From assembly GCA_963555995.3 (NCBI GenBank), contig OY821641.1:3732716-3796715 (forward strand): a stretch of DNA of 64,000 nucleotides, written 5' to 3'. The notes below the pieces were generated by a model that saw only the letters and a program-made list of their open reading frames with translations, made no database searches and was not told the DNA's origin. Shown one piece after another: positions 17,870 through 29,397 of this stretch. A program made the position numbers and the translations under genes. This DNA is from Vicinamibacteria bacterium. Its GTDB lineage: Bacteria > Acidobacteriota > Vicinamibacteria > Marinacidobacterales > Marinacidobacteraceae. Each line of letters begins with the position of its first letter. Positions within the stretch are counted from its first letter, which is position 1.

Positions 17870-20785
17870 GTGCCTGATCCGACGTCCTTTGCAGCCTCCA
17901 GCGGGCCGGCTGCCGCCGAAATGGCCCGCGACATCTCGGTCCCCGTCAAGACGCGGACCCTCGGGAACGGACTTCGGGTGCTGCTCCACGAGGACCGCCG
18001 CCTGCCGGTCGTCCACGTGGCGCTCTGGTACCACGTCGGGTCCAAGAACGAGCAGCCCTGGCGGACCGGTTTCGCCCACCTCTTCGAGCACCTTATGTTC
18101 GAGGGCTCCCGCCACAACGACAGCCACTTCATCCGGCTCATGGAGCGGGCGGGCGCCAGCCTGTCGGCGGGCGGGGTGAACGGCACCACGAGCCACGACC
18201 GGACGAACTACTACGAGACGGTTCCCCGGGAGGCGCTCGGCCTCGCGCTCTGGGCCGAGTCGGACCGGATGGCGTACCTCCTCGACGTCCTCGATCAGAC
18301 AAAGCTGGATACCCAGCGCGAAGTGGTCCGGAACGAGCGCTTCCAGCGCATGGACAACGTGCCCTACGGGACGGCGTGGGAAAAGATGTTCCACGCGCTG
18401 TTCCCGCCCGGACACCCCTATTCGTGGGACGTGATCGGGGACATGGCGCACCTGGCCGCGTCCGATCTCGGCGAGGTGCACGACTTCTTCCGTACCTGGT
18501 ACGCGCCGAACAACGCGGTGCTCGTGGTCGCCGGGGACTACGACGAGCGCCGCGCCATGGAACTCGTGCGCCGCTACTTCGGGCCCATCCCGCCCGGCAG
18601 GGTCCCGGGCCGGCCGTCGTTCCCGCCGGAGGCGCGGACTTCCCACCGGCGCATCGTGGTCCCGGAGGAGGTGCCGCACGCGCGCCTCTACTGCGGCTGG
18701 TCCACCGTCCCGTTCTTCCACGAGGACGAACCGGCCCTCGACATGCTGTCGGAGATCCTCTCCGACGGGCTGAACTCGCGGCTCTATCGCCGCCTGGTCT
18801 ACGAGGACCGGACGGCGTCCGAAGTCAGCGCCTTTCACTATTCGCTCGAGTCCGGCGGCCTCACCGGGGTGGTGGCGACCGCCCGCCCGCAGGTCCCCCT
18901 GTCCCGGCTGCGCGAGCAGATGGACGAGGAACTCGTCCGGATGGCGGACGAGGGACCGACCGAGGAGGAGTTGCAGCGGGTGAAGGCGGCGACCCAGGTC
19001 GCCTTCCTCGGCGCGCTCGAGCGGCTCGGGACCAAGGCCGACCTGCTCGCGCGCTACGCGACCTTCGCGGGGGACCCCCGGAAGCTGTCGGAGCACTGGG
19101 TCCGCTACCGGGGAGTGACCCGGGACGACCTGCAGCGGGCGGCGCGGCAGTACCTGCTGGCGCCCCGCGTCGAACTGCTCTACGGGGACCCCGAAGCCGA
19201 AGGGGAACCGCCGGTCGTCCCGGCGCCCGTCGGTCCCGGCGACTGGCACGCGCCTGCCGCCTCGCCGGCCCCCGAGGGTCCGCGGTTGTCCCCGGAACCG
19301 GACCGGTCGCGGGTGCCGCGGCGCGGCCGACGGGGACACTTCGATCCCCCGCTGCCCGAGACCCGCGAACTCGGAAACGGCGTGGCGCTGTACGTGCTGC
19401 CGCGCCGCGACCTTCCGAAGATCGTCGGCACGATCCTGATGACGGGCGGCCAGCAGGAGGAACCGCGGGAGCTGGCGGGACTCGCCAGCCTCACCGCGGA
19501 GATGCTGAACCGGGGAACGAAACACCGGACCGCCCGCGAGTTCGAGGCCGAGGCCGACCGGATCGGCGCGGACATCGGGGCGCGGGCCGGCACGGCGTTC
19601 TCCTCCGTCTCCTTTTCGAGCCTCACCGAACACCTCCATCCCACCCTGGAACTGACGGCCGACCTCCTCCTGAACCCGGCGTTCCCGGACGCGGAGCTCG
19701 AACGGATCGTCCCCATCCGGCTCGACGCGCTGAAGGAGTCCCGCGCCGAGCCGACCTCGGTGCTGCGCCGGATCGTCCGCCGGACGGCGTACTCCGACCG
19801 GCACCCCTATGGCTGGCGGGGGGACGAACGAACGCTCCCGGGCATCACGACTTCCGATCTCACCGACTTCCACCGGGCGCATTACCGGCCCGACGGTTGC
19901 CGGATCGTCCTGTGCGGCGATCTGGACCCCGACCGGGCGGTGGAGGTCATGGAGGAGTTCTTTGGCACCTGGGAAGCGGGGCGCTCGGTCGAACACCGGC
20001 CGCCGGCCGATCCCCCCCCGGCGGAGACCGGGGTGCTGCTCCACCCGACCGGCAAGGAGAGCCCCCAGGCGGTCGTTGCCTGGCGGAAGCAGGGACCGCC
20101 GCGCGACGCCGACGACCGCCTCGCCCTGCGCCTCGCGCTCCAGATCCTGGGCGGCGGGTTCTCCAGCCGGCTCAACCTGAACCTCCGCGAGCGGATGGGG
20201 GCCACCTACGGGGCCTTCGCGGCCGTGCGGCAGCTCCCGCGCCGCTCCATCCTCTCGGCCTCCGCGTCGCTGAACATGGACCAGGCGGCGCCCGCGATCC
20301 GCGAACTCCTGTCCGAGGTGGACGGCCTCGCCTCCGGGAGGCGTCCCGTCCGCCTGCGGGAACTCCGGGAGGCGCAGCTCGCCCTCTCGCGGACCCACGC
20401 CCAGCGCTTCGAGACCCTCGCCGGGGTCGGCGCGGTCATCACCGCCGTCCTCCAGCGCGGCGGCCCGCTATCCGATATCCAGGACTACCCGGACCGGATC
20501 GAAGCGGTGACCCGCGACCAGGTCGCGGAAGCCGCCGCCCGCCACCTGGGAAGCGACGGCAGCGCCCTCGTCGCGGTCGGCGACGAGAACCGTCTCGCGC
20601 CCGCGCTTGAGGGTCTCGGCGAGATCCGCCGCGTGGACGCCGACGGCGCACCGGTGGGAGCGGGCGACGGCTCCGAGACGTTGTCGCGGCAACCGGGCCG
20701 CGTGGCTCGCGCCACCGGCGGTCGAGTACAGATTTCCCGGGTCTCGCCGGGACTCCGGGGCACGCCGGCCGCGTTGCTACCCTAG
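17870..20785 (+). CDS. M16 zinc peptidase (pitrilysin/PqqL-like); alternative start 17921
   Basis: TGFAHLFEHLMF (HxxEH), NGTTSHDRTNYYE, and a second half with SSRLNLNLRE. Confidence 0.93.
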   Translation: MPDPTSFAASSGPAAAEMARDISVPVKTRTLGNGLRVLLHEDRRLPVVHVALWYHVGSKNEQPWRTGFAHLFEHLMFEGSRHNDSHFIRLMERAGASLSAGGVNGTTSHDRTNYYETVPREALGLALWAESDRMAYLLDVLDQTKLDTQREVVRNERFQRMDNVPYGTAWEKMFHALFPPGHPYSWDVIGDMAHLAASDLGEVHDFFRTWYAPNNAVLVVAGDYDERRAMELVRRYFGPIPPGRVPGRPSFPPEARTSHRRIVVPEEVPHARLYCGWSTVPFFHEDEPALDMLSEILSDGLNSRLYRRLVYEDRTASEVSAFHYSLESGGLTGVVATARPQVPLSRLREQMDEELVRMADEGPTEEELQRVKAATQVAFLGALERLGTKADLLARYATFAGDPRKLSEHWVRYRGVTRDDLQRAARQYLLAPRVELLYGDPEAEGEPPVVPAPVGPGDWHAPAASPAPEGPRLSPEPDRSRVPRRGRRGHFDPPLPETRELGNGVALYVLPRRDLPKIVGTILMTGGQQEEPRELAGLASLTAEMLNRGTKHRTAREFEAEADRIGADIGARAGTAFSSVSFSSLTEHLHPTLELTADLLLNPAFPDAELERIVPIRLDALKESRAEPTSVLRRIVRRTAYSDRHPYGWRGDERTLPGITTSDLTDFHRAHYRPDGCRIVLCGDLDPDRAVEVMEEFFGTWEAGRSVEHRPPADPPPAETGVLLHPTGKESPQAVVAWRKQGPPRDADDRLALRLALQILGGGFSSRLNLNLRERMGATYGAFAAVRQLPRRSILSASASLNMDQAAPAIRELLSEVDGLASGRRPVRLRELREAQLALSRTHAQRFETLAGVGAVITAVLQRGGPLSDIQDYPDRIEAVTRDQVAEAAARHLGSDGSALVAVGDENRLAPALEGLGEIRRVDADGAPVGAGDGSETLSRQPGRVARATGGRVQISRVSPGLRGTPAALLP

Positions 20786-20789
20786 TGCG

Positions 20790-21017
20790 GTGTTTGACCG
20801 CCTGAGAGCGCTGGTGCGGCGACGCGCCTCCGGCGCCGGCGGCAGGAAGGCCCACGTTCACGTCACCTGGGATGGCGGCTTCTACGTGGACGCGGCGGAA
20901 CTCCTCGCCGACCCGGAAGTCCAGGATCGCATCCGGGAGTTGAGCCGCGCGCTCCAGGGAACGATCGTTCCGGAGCCGCGCCGTCCCGCGGGAACCCCGG
21001 AGACGGAGCCGGGCTGA
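20790..21017 (+). CDS. Small hypothetical protein (75 aa)
   Basis: GTG start 4 nt after the M16 stop, and stop 2 nt before the next ATG. Contains HVTWDGGFYVDAAELLADPEVQDRIRELS. Confidence 0.55.
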   Translation: MFDRLRALVRRRASGAGGRKAHVHVTWDGGFYVDAAELLADPEVQDRIRELSRALQGTIVPEPRRPAGTPETEPG

Positions 21018-21019
21018 GC

Positions 21020-21724
21020 ATGGGACTCGGGCTCGCACTGTGGCCGGCGCTGGCCGGCTTTCTGCTCCTGACCCTGGCCCGGTCCTCCCGCTACTGGGCG
21101 ATGCGCCGGTCGGGCCACCACCTGGTGTTCGCGTCCGCCATCGCGGGCATGATGCTCCTCGTGCTGGCGCGGTTGCTGGTGGTCCTGCTGACTGGGATGT
21201 TCCCGGAGACCGAGACCTTCTGGATGTCCTTCGCTCCGTTCGAATACTCCGGCGCGGTAGGCCTCAGCTTCGTCCTGGCGGCCACGCTCGGCATCGGCTG
21301 GAATCTGTTCGTCGCCCGCGACGCGCACCAGGCCGCCAAGCAGGCCGCCCTGAGGGCCGGCGACATGGTGGAGTGGGTCCTGCATCACTCGGCGGGCAGC
21401 CGGAAGTTCGTCGAGGTCTCCCTCAAGTCGGGAAAGTCCTACATCGGTCTGGCGCGCGAGAGCGGGGTCTCCCGGCGGCAGGTGGAGCCGGACATCACCC
21501 TGATTCCCCTGATGAGCGGCTATCGCGACGGCAAGACCCGCCGGTTGAGAATCACCGCCGACCACACGAACCGCATCTTCGCGTTCCTGGACGCGCGCCC
21601 GGAGTTCGCGGGGCTGACCACCGAGGACCTGCGCGTCGTGGTCCCCATGTCCGAGGTTTCCTCCGCCCGGGTCTTCGATCCGCAGATCTTCCGGCTTTCC
21701 GCCGCTTCGGACGAACCGGCATAG
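21020..21724 (+). CDS. Hypothetical membrane protein (3 TM plus soluble beta-rich domain)
   Basis: Three hydrophobic segments followed by VEVSLKSGKSYIG...LIPLMSGYRD. Confidence 0.75.
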   Translation: MGLGLALWPALAGFLLLTLARSSRYWAMRRSGHHLVFASAIAGMMLLVLARLLVVLLTGMFPETETFWMSFAPFEYSGAVGLSFVLAATLGIGWNLFVARDAHQAAKQAALRAGDMVEWVLHHSAGSRKFVEVSLKSGKSYIGLARESGVSRRQVEPDITLIPLMSGYRDGKTRRLRITADHTNRIFAFLDARPEFAGLTTEDLRVVVPMSEVSSARVFDPQIFRLSAASDEPA

Positions 21725-21773
21725 CGGGCGGAACCCGCGGTCGCCGCCGCGTTCCTGCCTGCCGGAACCCTCC

Positions 21774-21959
21774 TCACGGCGAGGAAGCGAGCCTGCGCCC
21801 CTGATGTTCGACTTCCTGCCGGACCATTGCGACGACGTTCCGGAGGTTGGCGCGCCATTCCTCATCCCCCTGGCGGTGCGTGCCCGGGAATCGGGGAACG
21901 TGGCCGACCTGCAAGCCGGTGTCCGGGCGCTGCTCCACGACGGCGGCGCAGGGATTCAT
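21774..21959 (-). pseudogene. Degenerate HicB-family antitoxin, no hicA nearby
   Basis: AAVVEQRPDTGLQVGHVPRFPGTHRQG..EWRANLRNVV resembles the HicB pattern AVVExxxxTGLYVGYVPGFPGAHSQG. Confidence 0.6.
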
Positions 21960-21991
21960 GCCGCGAACCTGCGGCATCGTTTCGGGAGCCC

Positions 21992-23752
21992 TCAGTACCC
22001 GAGCGCCATCGCCCCCGGCCGGCGCGGATCGCCGTAGCCGTAGAACAGCCCGCCTGTGAACATCACCGTCTGCAGGCTCCCCATGCCGGCGCTGAACTGC
22101 ACATCGTGGCCGCGGGCCCGCAGCGCGCGGATCACGTCGGGGCTGAAGCCGCTCTCCACCTCCAGCCGGTCCGGGAACCACTGGTGGTGCATCCGGGGCC
22201 GCGCGGTGGCGTCGGCGATGTTCATGCCGTGCTCGAGCACGTTCACCAGCAGTTGCAGGTTCGTGGTGATGATGCGGCTGCCGCCCGGGCTTCCGGTGAG
22301 CAGGAACGGCCGGCCCTCGCGCAGCACGATGATCGGCGTCATCGAACTGACCGGGCGCCGGCCCGCCGCGATCTGGTTGTCCGCGCTTCCCATCAGCCCG
22401 AAGGCGTCGGGGATGTCGGGCCTCAGCGTGAAGTTGCCGAGGTTGTTGTTCATGAGGATGCCGGTGCCGTCAATCACGACCCCCGAGCCGTAGGAGAACA
22501 TCAGCGTGTAGGTGTTGACGAGCGCGTTGCCCTCGCTGTCGAGGACCGAATAGTGGGTGGTCTCCGGGCTCTCGTAGGGCGCGAGGTCGCCGGGGCCGAC
22601 CTCGGCTGACGGCCGGGCGCGGTTGAGGGAGATGCCCCGCGCGAGCTCCGCCGCGTACTCCTTGCTGGTGAGCGCGGCGACCGGGAGGTCGAGGTGGTCC
22701 GGGTCGCCGAGGTACTTGCTGCGGTCGGCGTAGGCGAGCCGCATCGCCTCGGCCATGACGTGCATCGCGTCCGCGCTGCCGTAGCCCATTTCCTTGAGCG
22801 GGAAGTTCTCGAAGATGTTCAGCATCTGGACGATGTGCATCCCGCCCGAGCTGGGCGCCGACATGGCCGCGATGTCGTAATCCCGGAAGGTGCCGCGCAC
22901 CGGCTCGCGCTCGACGACGTGGTAGCCGGCCAGGTCTTCCATCGTGATCAGGCCGTTGTGCTTCGCCATGTCGCCCGCGATGCGGCGCGCGATCTCGCCC
23001 CGGTAGAAGGCGTCGGCGCCTCCCTCGGCGATCTGCTCCAGCGTCCAGGCCAGGTCCGGCTGCCGGAAGACGTCGCCCACCTCGTAGTTCGAGCCGTCGG
23101 GCTTGTAGAACTTGGCCCGCGAGGCGGGGTTGGCGCTGAGCCGCGCCTTGCTGCGGGCGAGGTTGACGGCCAGGTCCTCCCACACTGGCATGCCGCCCTT
23201 CGCCAGCTCGATGGCCGGCGCGGCCACTTCCCGCCAGCTCATCGTGCCGTAGTTCCGCAGCAGGTGATCGAAGCCGGCCACCGACGCGGGGGTCGCGGAC
23301 GACTTGTGGCTGAAGCGGTACTCGTCCTCGTCCACCTCGCCGTCCTCCCCGAAGAACATGTCGGCGTGCGCGGCCGCGGGAGCGGTCTCGCGGAAGTCCA
23401 CCGCGACCGTGCGGTTCTCCTCGGCCAGGTGCAGCAGGATGAAGCCGCCGCCCCCCACGTTGCCCGCGCGCGGCAGGGTCACCGCGAGCGCCAGCCCCAC
23501 GGCCACCCCCGCGTCAATCGCGTTGCCGCCCTGGCGCAGGATGTCCACGCCGACCCGGGTGGCGAGGAAGTTCTGGCTGGCCACCATCCCGTTCCGCCCC
23601 ACGACCGGGTGGTGGATGGCGCTGTAGGTGTTGATCGGGGCCTGGGCCGGCGCCGCCTGGGCGAGGGCTCCCTGGGGAACCGCGAGGATTCCCAGGGCGA
23701 GGGTCGCCACCAGGGCGAACGGAACCAGGATCCGTGTGATGCGTCTGCTCAT
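21992..23752 (-). CDS. ggt: Gamma-glutamyltransferase
   Basis: GGNAIDAGVA, DFRETAP, ETTHYS autocleavage site, RPVSSMTP and GSPGGSRI. Signal peptide present. Confidence 0.95.
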   Translation of the reverse strand: MSRRITRILVPFALVATLALGILAVPQGALAQAAPAQAPINTYSAIHHPVVGRNGMVASQNFLATRVGVDILRQGGNAIDAGVAVGLALAVTLPRAGNVGGGGFILLHLAEENRTVAVDFRETAPAAAHADMFFGEDGEVDEDEYRFSHKSSATPASVAGFDHLLRNYGTMSWREVAAPAIELAKGGMPVWEDLAVNLARSKARLSANPASRAKFYKPDGSNYEVGDVFRQPDLAWTLEQIAEGGADAFYRGEIARRIAGDMAKHNGLITMEDLAGYHVVEREPVRGTFRDYDIAAMSAPSSGGMHIVQMLNIFENFPLKEMGYGSADAMHVMAEAMRLAYADRSKYLGDPDHLDLPVAALTSKEYAAELARGISLNRARPSAEVGPGDLAPYESPETTHYSVLDSEGNALVNTYTLMFSYGSGVVIDGTGILMNNNLGNFTLRPDIPDAFGLMGSADNQIAAGRRPVSSMTPIIVLREGRPFLLTGSPGGSRIITTNLQLLVNVLEHGMNIADATARPRMHHQWFPDRLEVESGFSPDVIRALRARGHDVQFSAGMGSLQTVMFTGGLFYGYGDPRRPGAMALGY

Positions 23753-23835
23753 CGGTTTGCTGCCTCTTCGATCTGCGAGTCGCAGGATGTCGCCCGGGCT
23801 ACCCATTGCGGAAGGGTCACTCGCGAGGATGGTGG

Positions 23836-23886
23836 TCAATGGACGGCCATGTCCTGGAGTGCGCCGCGGTCATTCCGCCGACTCAT
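23836..23886 (-). pseudogene. Truncated HEPN/DUF86 toxin stub
   Basis: ATG overlaps the MNT 3' end. Reads MSRRNDRGALQDMAVH* (DUF86-like N-terminus), then stops. Confidence 0.55.
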
Positions 23887-24175
23887 AGAACAGCTCCGCC
23901 GACGCCTCGACTTCCTCCCTCATCCACGGACGCAGCCAGGAAGGGGCGTACATCTCCACCGGCCGTCCCACGACGCCCGCCAGTTCCTCCTGCATCGCCA
24001 TGAGTCCCAGGTACCCGAACCGGACACCGGACGCGAACTCGACGAGCACGTCCACGTCGCTGTCCGGGCCGAAATCGTCGCGCAGCACCGAACCGAAAAG
24101 GGAGAGACGCCGTATGCCGTTCCGCTGGCAAAACGCGGCTACCTGATCTCTCTGAATCGGCAGTCGTGGGCTCAT
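23870..24175 (-). CDS. Minimal nucleotidyltransferase (MNT/MntA-type antitoxin)
   Basis: LSLFGSVLRDDFGPDSDVDVLVEF (GS-x10-DxD). Confidence 0.9.
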   Translation of the reverse strand: MSPRLPIQRDQVAAFCQRNGIRRLSLFGSVLRDDFGPDSDVDVLVEFASGVRFGYLGLMAMQEELAGVVGRPVEMYAPSWLRPWMREEVEASAELFYESAE

Positions 24176-24204
24176 GGCGACTCCTGCATGCGGCCGGGAC
24201 CGGC

Positions 24205-25668
<1,464 letters not shown>

Positions 25669-25674
25669 CCGCGC

Positions 25675-25680
25675 ATCCTA
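25675..25680 (-). promoter_or_regulatory. -10 box of a probable leaderless purF transcript
   Basis: TAGGAT lies 6 nt before the GTG, with no SD sequence. Confidence 0.55.
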
Positions 25681-25720
25681 CCCGGCGGCGATTCGTTCAT
25701 TTGTTGTAGTAACATAAATT

Positions 25721-25990
25721 GTGCAGATCGAGTTCGATGGCGCGAAACGCCGAGCGACGATCGAAGCCCGGGGACTCGACATGGCTCGGGCGGCGGAGGT
25801 GTTCGGCGGCCGGACGCTGACCGTGGAGGACGATCGGCAGGAATATGGCGAATCGCGCTTCATCACGATCGGCTTCCTGGACGGTGCGATGGTGGTGCTC
25901 GTCTGGACGTCCCGCGGCGACGCGAGCCGGATTATTAGTATGAGGAAAGCCAATGAACGAGAACGACGACTCTACGGCCCGAGGTTTTGA
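25721..25990 (+). CDS. brnT: BrnT-family toxin (DUF497)
   Basis: FDGAKR...RGLD..., DDRQEYGESRFITIG, RIISMRKANERE. Confidence 0.92.
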   Translation: MQIEFDGAKRRATIEARGLDMARAAEVFGGRTLTVEDDRQEYGESRFITIGFLDGAMVVLVWTSRGDASRIISMRKANERERRLYGPRF

Positions 25991-26210
25991 TCCCGACACC
26001 GCTCCCGACCTCTCCACCGGCGGGTGGCCCGAGCGGTTTGCGAAGGCGCCCGTAAGGCGGGGAAGGCCCCCGAAGGCGCGGCCGAAGGTGTCCACCACCA
26101 TCCGGTTGTCGCCGGAGGTCATGGCCCATTTTCGGGCTGGCGGGCGCGGCTGGCAGACACGGATAGACGACGCTCTCCGCGACTGGATCCAGCGCAACGA
26201 CGTTTCCTGA
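25953..26210 (+). CDS. brnA: BrnA-family antitoxin
   Basis: RRGRPP..PKVSTTIRLSPEVMAHFRAGGRGWQTRIDDALR. Overlaps brnT. Confidence 0.92.
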   Translation: MNENDDSTARGFDPDTAPDLSTGGWPERFAKAPVRRGRPPKARPKVSTTIRLSPEVMAHFRAGGRGWQTRIDDALRDWIQRNDVS

Positions 26211-26217
26211 GCGGGAC

Positions 26218-28440
26218 CTATCCGGCGGCCATCCGGTCGAGGCTGTTCCGGAAGGTGTCCGCGAGGCCCTCGAGATCGAGGGAGACCGCCGGACTTCCGT
26301 TCACCCGGATCCGGAGCGCGTTCCCGCCCACGGACCCGACTTCGGTCAGCGGGACACCCTCGCGGGCAGCGAGTCCGGCGAGGGCCTCGGCATCGCCGGG
26401 CCGCACGCTGAGGAGCGCGCGGGCCGGTCCCTCCCCGAAGAGCGGTCCTTCGAGCCGGTCCGCACACTCGACCCGTAGCTCGGCGCCGAGCCGGGAGCCG
26501 TCCGGCGCGAAGAGGCTTTCGATCGCCGCCGCCGCCAGGCCCCCCTCGGAGAGGTCGCGCGCCGAGGCGGTGCGTCCCGCCGCTCCCGCCGCGCGGAGGA
26601 AGGCCCCGAGCCGCACCTCGGCGTCCAGGTCCGGCTTCGGTGGCCGCCCGTCGGTGCGGCCGTGGTGCTCCTTCAGGAAGGCGCTGGCGCCGAGCGCATC
26701 GCCCCCCTCGGGTCCCGCCAGGAAGAGGAGGTCCCCCGCCGCCGCAAAGTGCTGCGGGATGCGCCTCGTCGCCTTGTCGAGCACCCCCACCACGCCGACC
26801 ACCGGGGTGGGGAAGATGTTCGCCCCCTCGGTCTCGTTGTAGAAGCTGACGTTGCCGCCGGTGATGGGAACGCCCAGCGCTTTCAGCGCCTCGGTCATCC
26901 CGGCGATGGCCTCGGTGAACTCCCACATGACCTCGGGCCGCTCCGGGTTTCCGAAGTTGAGGCAGTTGGTGGCCCCGACCGGGGTGGCCCCCACCGCGGC
27001 CAGGTTCCGGCAGGCTTCGGCGACGGCCAGCGCACCGCCCCGGTGGGGGTCGCGGGCCGTGTAGCGGCCGTTGCCGTCGAGGGTCATCGCGATCCCGAGT
27101 TCCCGGCCCTTGATCCGGACCACGCCGGCGTCGCCGCCCGGCCGCACCACCGTATCGCTGCGCACCATGTGGTCGTACTGCTCGTACACGAAGCGGCGGC
27201 TCGCCAGCTCCGGGGACCCGGCCAGCTCCCGGACCACGGCGTTCCAGTCGGAGGGTTCCGTCAGGTCGGCCGCGGTGACCTCGGGGGAGGGCCACCACGA
27301 CGGTCGCGCGGCCGGGCGATCGAACGCCGGCGCGTCGTCGGTGAGCGCCCGGCAGGGCACTTCGGCGGCGAGGCGTCCCCGATGCCGGACCCGCAGGAGG
27401 CCGTCGCCGCTCACCGTCCCGATGGGGGCCGCGTCGAGGTCCCACTTGTCGAAGATCCGGGTCACCTCCGCCTCGCGGCCGCTCCGCACCACGAGGAGCA
27501 TCCGCTCCTGCGACTCCGAGAGCATGATCTCGTAGGCGTTCATGCCGGTCTCGCGCTGGGCGACGTGGTCGAGGTTGATCTCCACCCCCGCGCCGCCCCG
27601 AGACGCCACCTCCGCCGTCGAGCAGGTGAGCCCCGCCGCCCCCATGTCCTGGACCGCGATCAGCGCGTCCCCCTGCATGAGTTCGAGACACGCCTCCATC
27701 AGGAGCTTCTCGAGGAAGGGGTCGCCGACCTGCACCGTGGGCCGCTTCGCCTCGGCCTCCTCGTCGAAGGCCGCCGACGCCATGGACGCGCCGTGGATGC
27801 CGTCACGCCCGGTCTTGCTCCCGACGCACCAGACCGGGCTCCCCGGCGCCTCCGCGCGGGCGCGGAAGATGCGGTCCGCGGGCGCGATCCCGAGGGCGAA
27901 GGCGTTGACCAGCGGATTCAGCGAGTAGCAGTCCTCGAAGAAGACCTCCCCCCCGACCGTCGGGATCCCCATGCTGTTCCCGTAGTTGGCGATCCCGGCG
28001 ACCGCCCCGGTGAAGAGCGCCCGGTTCTTCGGCACGCTCAGGGGACCGAAACGGAGCGAGTTCATGAGCGCCACCGGCCGGGCGCCCATCGTGAAGATGT
28101 CCCGCAGGATGCCGCCCACGCCGGTGGCGGCGCCCTGGAACGGCTCGATGAAGGTCGGGTGGTTGTGCGATTCCACCTTGAAGACGGCGGCGAGGCCGTG
28201 GCCGATGTCCACCGCGCCGGCGTTCTCCCCCGGTCCCTCGATGACCCGGGGCGACTCGGTGGGGAAGCGGGCGAGGTGGCGGCGCGAGGACTTGTAGGAG
28301 CAGTGCTCCGACCACATCGCGGAGAACATCCCGAGTTCGGTCGGGTTGGGGGCTCGCCCGAGCCGTTCCCCGATCTGGCGGAACTCGTCGGCGGAGAGTC
28401 CGGAGGCGAGCGCCGCTTCGAGGGTGGCGACCGGCTTCAC
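26218..28440 (-). CDS. purL: Phosphoribosylformylglycinamidine synthase subunit PurL
   Basis: [39 protein letters not shown] and NCLNFGNP. Confidence 0.98.
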   Translation of the reverse strand: MKPVATLEAALASGLSADEFRQIGERLGRAPNPTELGMFSAMWSEHCSYKSSRRHLARFPTESPRVIEGPGENAGAVDIGHGLAAVFKVESHNHPTFIEPFQGAATGVGGILRDIFTMGARPVALMNSLRFGPLSVPKNRALFTGAVAGIANYGNSMGIPTVGGEVFFEDCYSLNPLVNAFALGIAPADRIFRARAEAPGSPVWCVGSKTGRDGIHGASMASAAFDEEAEAKRPTVQVGDPFLEKLLMEACLELMQGDALIAVQDMGAAGLTCSTAEVASRGGAGVEINLDHVAQRETGMNAYEIMLSESQERMLLVVRSGREAEVTRIFDKWDLDAAPIGTVSGDGLLRVRHRGRLAAEVPCRALTDDAPAFDRPAARPSWWPSPEVTAADLTEPSDWNAVVRELAGSPELASRRFVYEQYDHMVRSDTVVRPGGDAGVVRIKGRELGIAMTLDGNGRYTARDPHRGGALAVAEACRNLAAVGATPVGATNCLNFGNPERPEVMWEFTEAIAGMTEALKALGVPITGGNVSFYNETEGANIFPTPVVGVVGVLDKATRRIPQHFAAAGDLLFLAGPEGGDALGASAFLKEHHGRTDGRPPKPDLDAEVRLGAFLRAAGAAGRTASARDLSEGGLAAAAIESLFAPDGSRLGAELRVECADRLEGPLFGEGPARALLSVRPGDAEALAGLAAREGVPLTEVGSVGGNALRIRVNGSPAVSLDLEGLADTFRNSLDRMAAG

Positions 28441-28450
28441 GGGATTGGGC

Positions 28451-29146
28451 TCACGCTTCGGTGAACCGGTGGAGGCTCTCGAACAGCGGCCGTCCGTCCA
28501 CGCCTCCGAGCGCCTCCTCGTAGGCCCGGTCGGGGTGGGGCATGAGGGCGGCGACGTTCCCCCGGCGGTTGCGGACTCCGGCGATGTTGTTCCGGGAACC
28601 GTTCGGGTTCGCCGCGTCGGTGATCTCGCCCTCGTCGTCGCAGTAGCGGAAGATCACCTGTTCGTCGGTTTCGAGCGTCTCCAGCACCTCGTCGGCAGCG
28701 CGGAAGTTCCCCTCCGCGTGCCCGACCGGCATCCGGAGCGTGGTCCCCAGTTCGAGTCCGCAGGTCAGGGGCGACGAATCCGCCTCCACGCGCAGCCGCA
28801 CGTCGCGGCACACGTAGGAGAGCGATCGGTTGCGCAGCATGGCTCCCGGCAGCAACCCCGCTTCCTGGAGGATCTGGAAGCCGTTGCAGATCCCCACCAC
28901 GGCCCGTCCGCTCGCCGCCATCCGCGCGAGCGGTTCCATCACCGGCGAGAAGCGGGCCAGCCCGCCCGCCCGCAGGTAGTCGCCGTGGGCGAAGCCCCCC
29001 GGCACCACCGCCGCGTCGAACCCGTCGAGCGAACCCTGCTTGTGCCAGACCAGCTCGGTGGGCTGGCCGGTCACGGCTCGGATGGCGTGGAGCACGTCGC
29101 CTTCGCAGTTCGTCCCCGGGAAGACGAGGACCGCGAAGCGGGCCAT
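28451..29146 (-). CDS. purQ: FGAM synthase glutaminase subunit PurQ
   Basis: [26 protein letters not shown] and MPHPDR. Confidence 0.97.
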   Translation of the reverse strand: MARFAVLVFPGTNCEGDVLHAIRAVTGQPTELVWHKQGSLDGFDAAVVPGGFAHGDYLRAGGLARFSPVMEPLARMAASGRAVVGICNGFQILQEAGLLPGAMLRNRSLSYVCRDVRLRVEADSSPLTCGLELGTTLRMPVGHAEGNFRAADEVLETLETDEQVIFRYCDDEGEITDAANPNGSRNNIAGVRNRRGNVAALMPHPDRAYEEALGGVDGRPLFESLHRFTEA

Positions 29147-29397
29147 CAGTCGAGCAGCACCTGGACGCTGAAGTCCTCGAGCACCGGGTTGGCGAGCACC
29201 TTCGAGGCGATCTCCTCGGCGCGGGTCTTCGCCTCGCTGGGCGACTCGGCCTTCACGACCAGGTCGAACATCTTCCCCTGGCGCACCGTTTCCGCGCTCA
29301 GGCGCGGGTCGGCCGCGATGGCGCGCCGGATGGCCTCGCCCTGCGGGTCGTACACCGATGGCCGCAGGCGGACCAGCACCCGGACCCGGAACGTCAA
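29146..29397 (-). CDS. purS: FGAM synthase subunit PurS
   Basis: TTG start overlapping the purB stop. DPQGEAI, VRQGKMFDL and LANPVLEDF. Confidence 0.93.
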   Translation of the reverse strand: MTFRVRVLVRLRPSVYDPQGEAIRRAIAADPRLSAETVRQGKMFDLVVKAESPSEAKTRAEEIASKVLANPVLEDFSVQVLLD

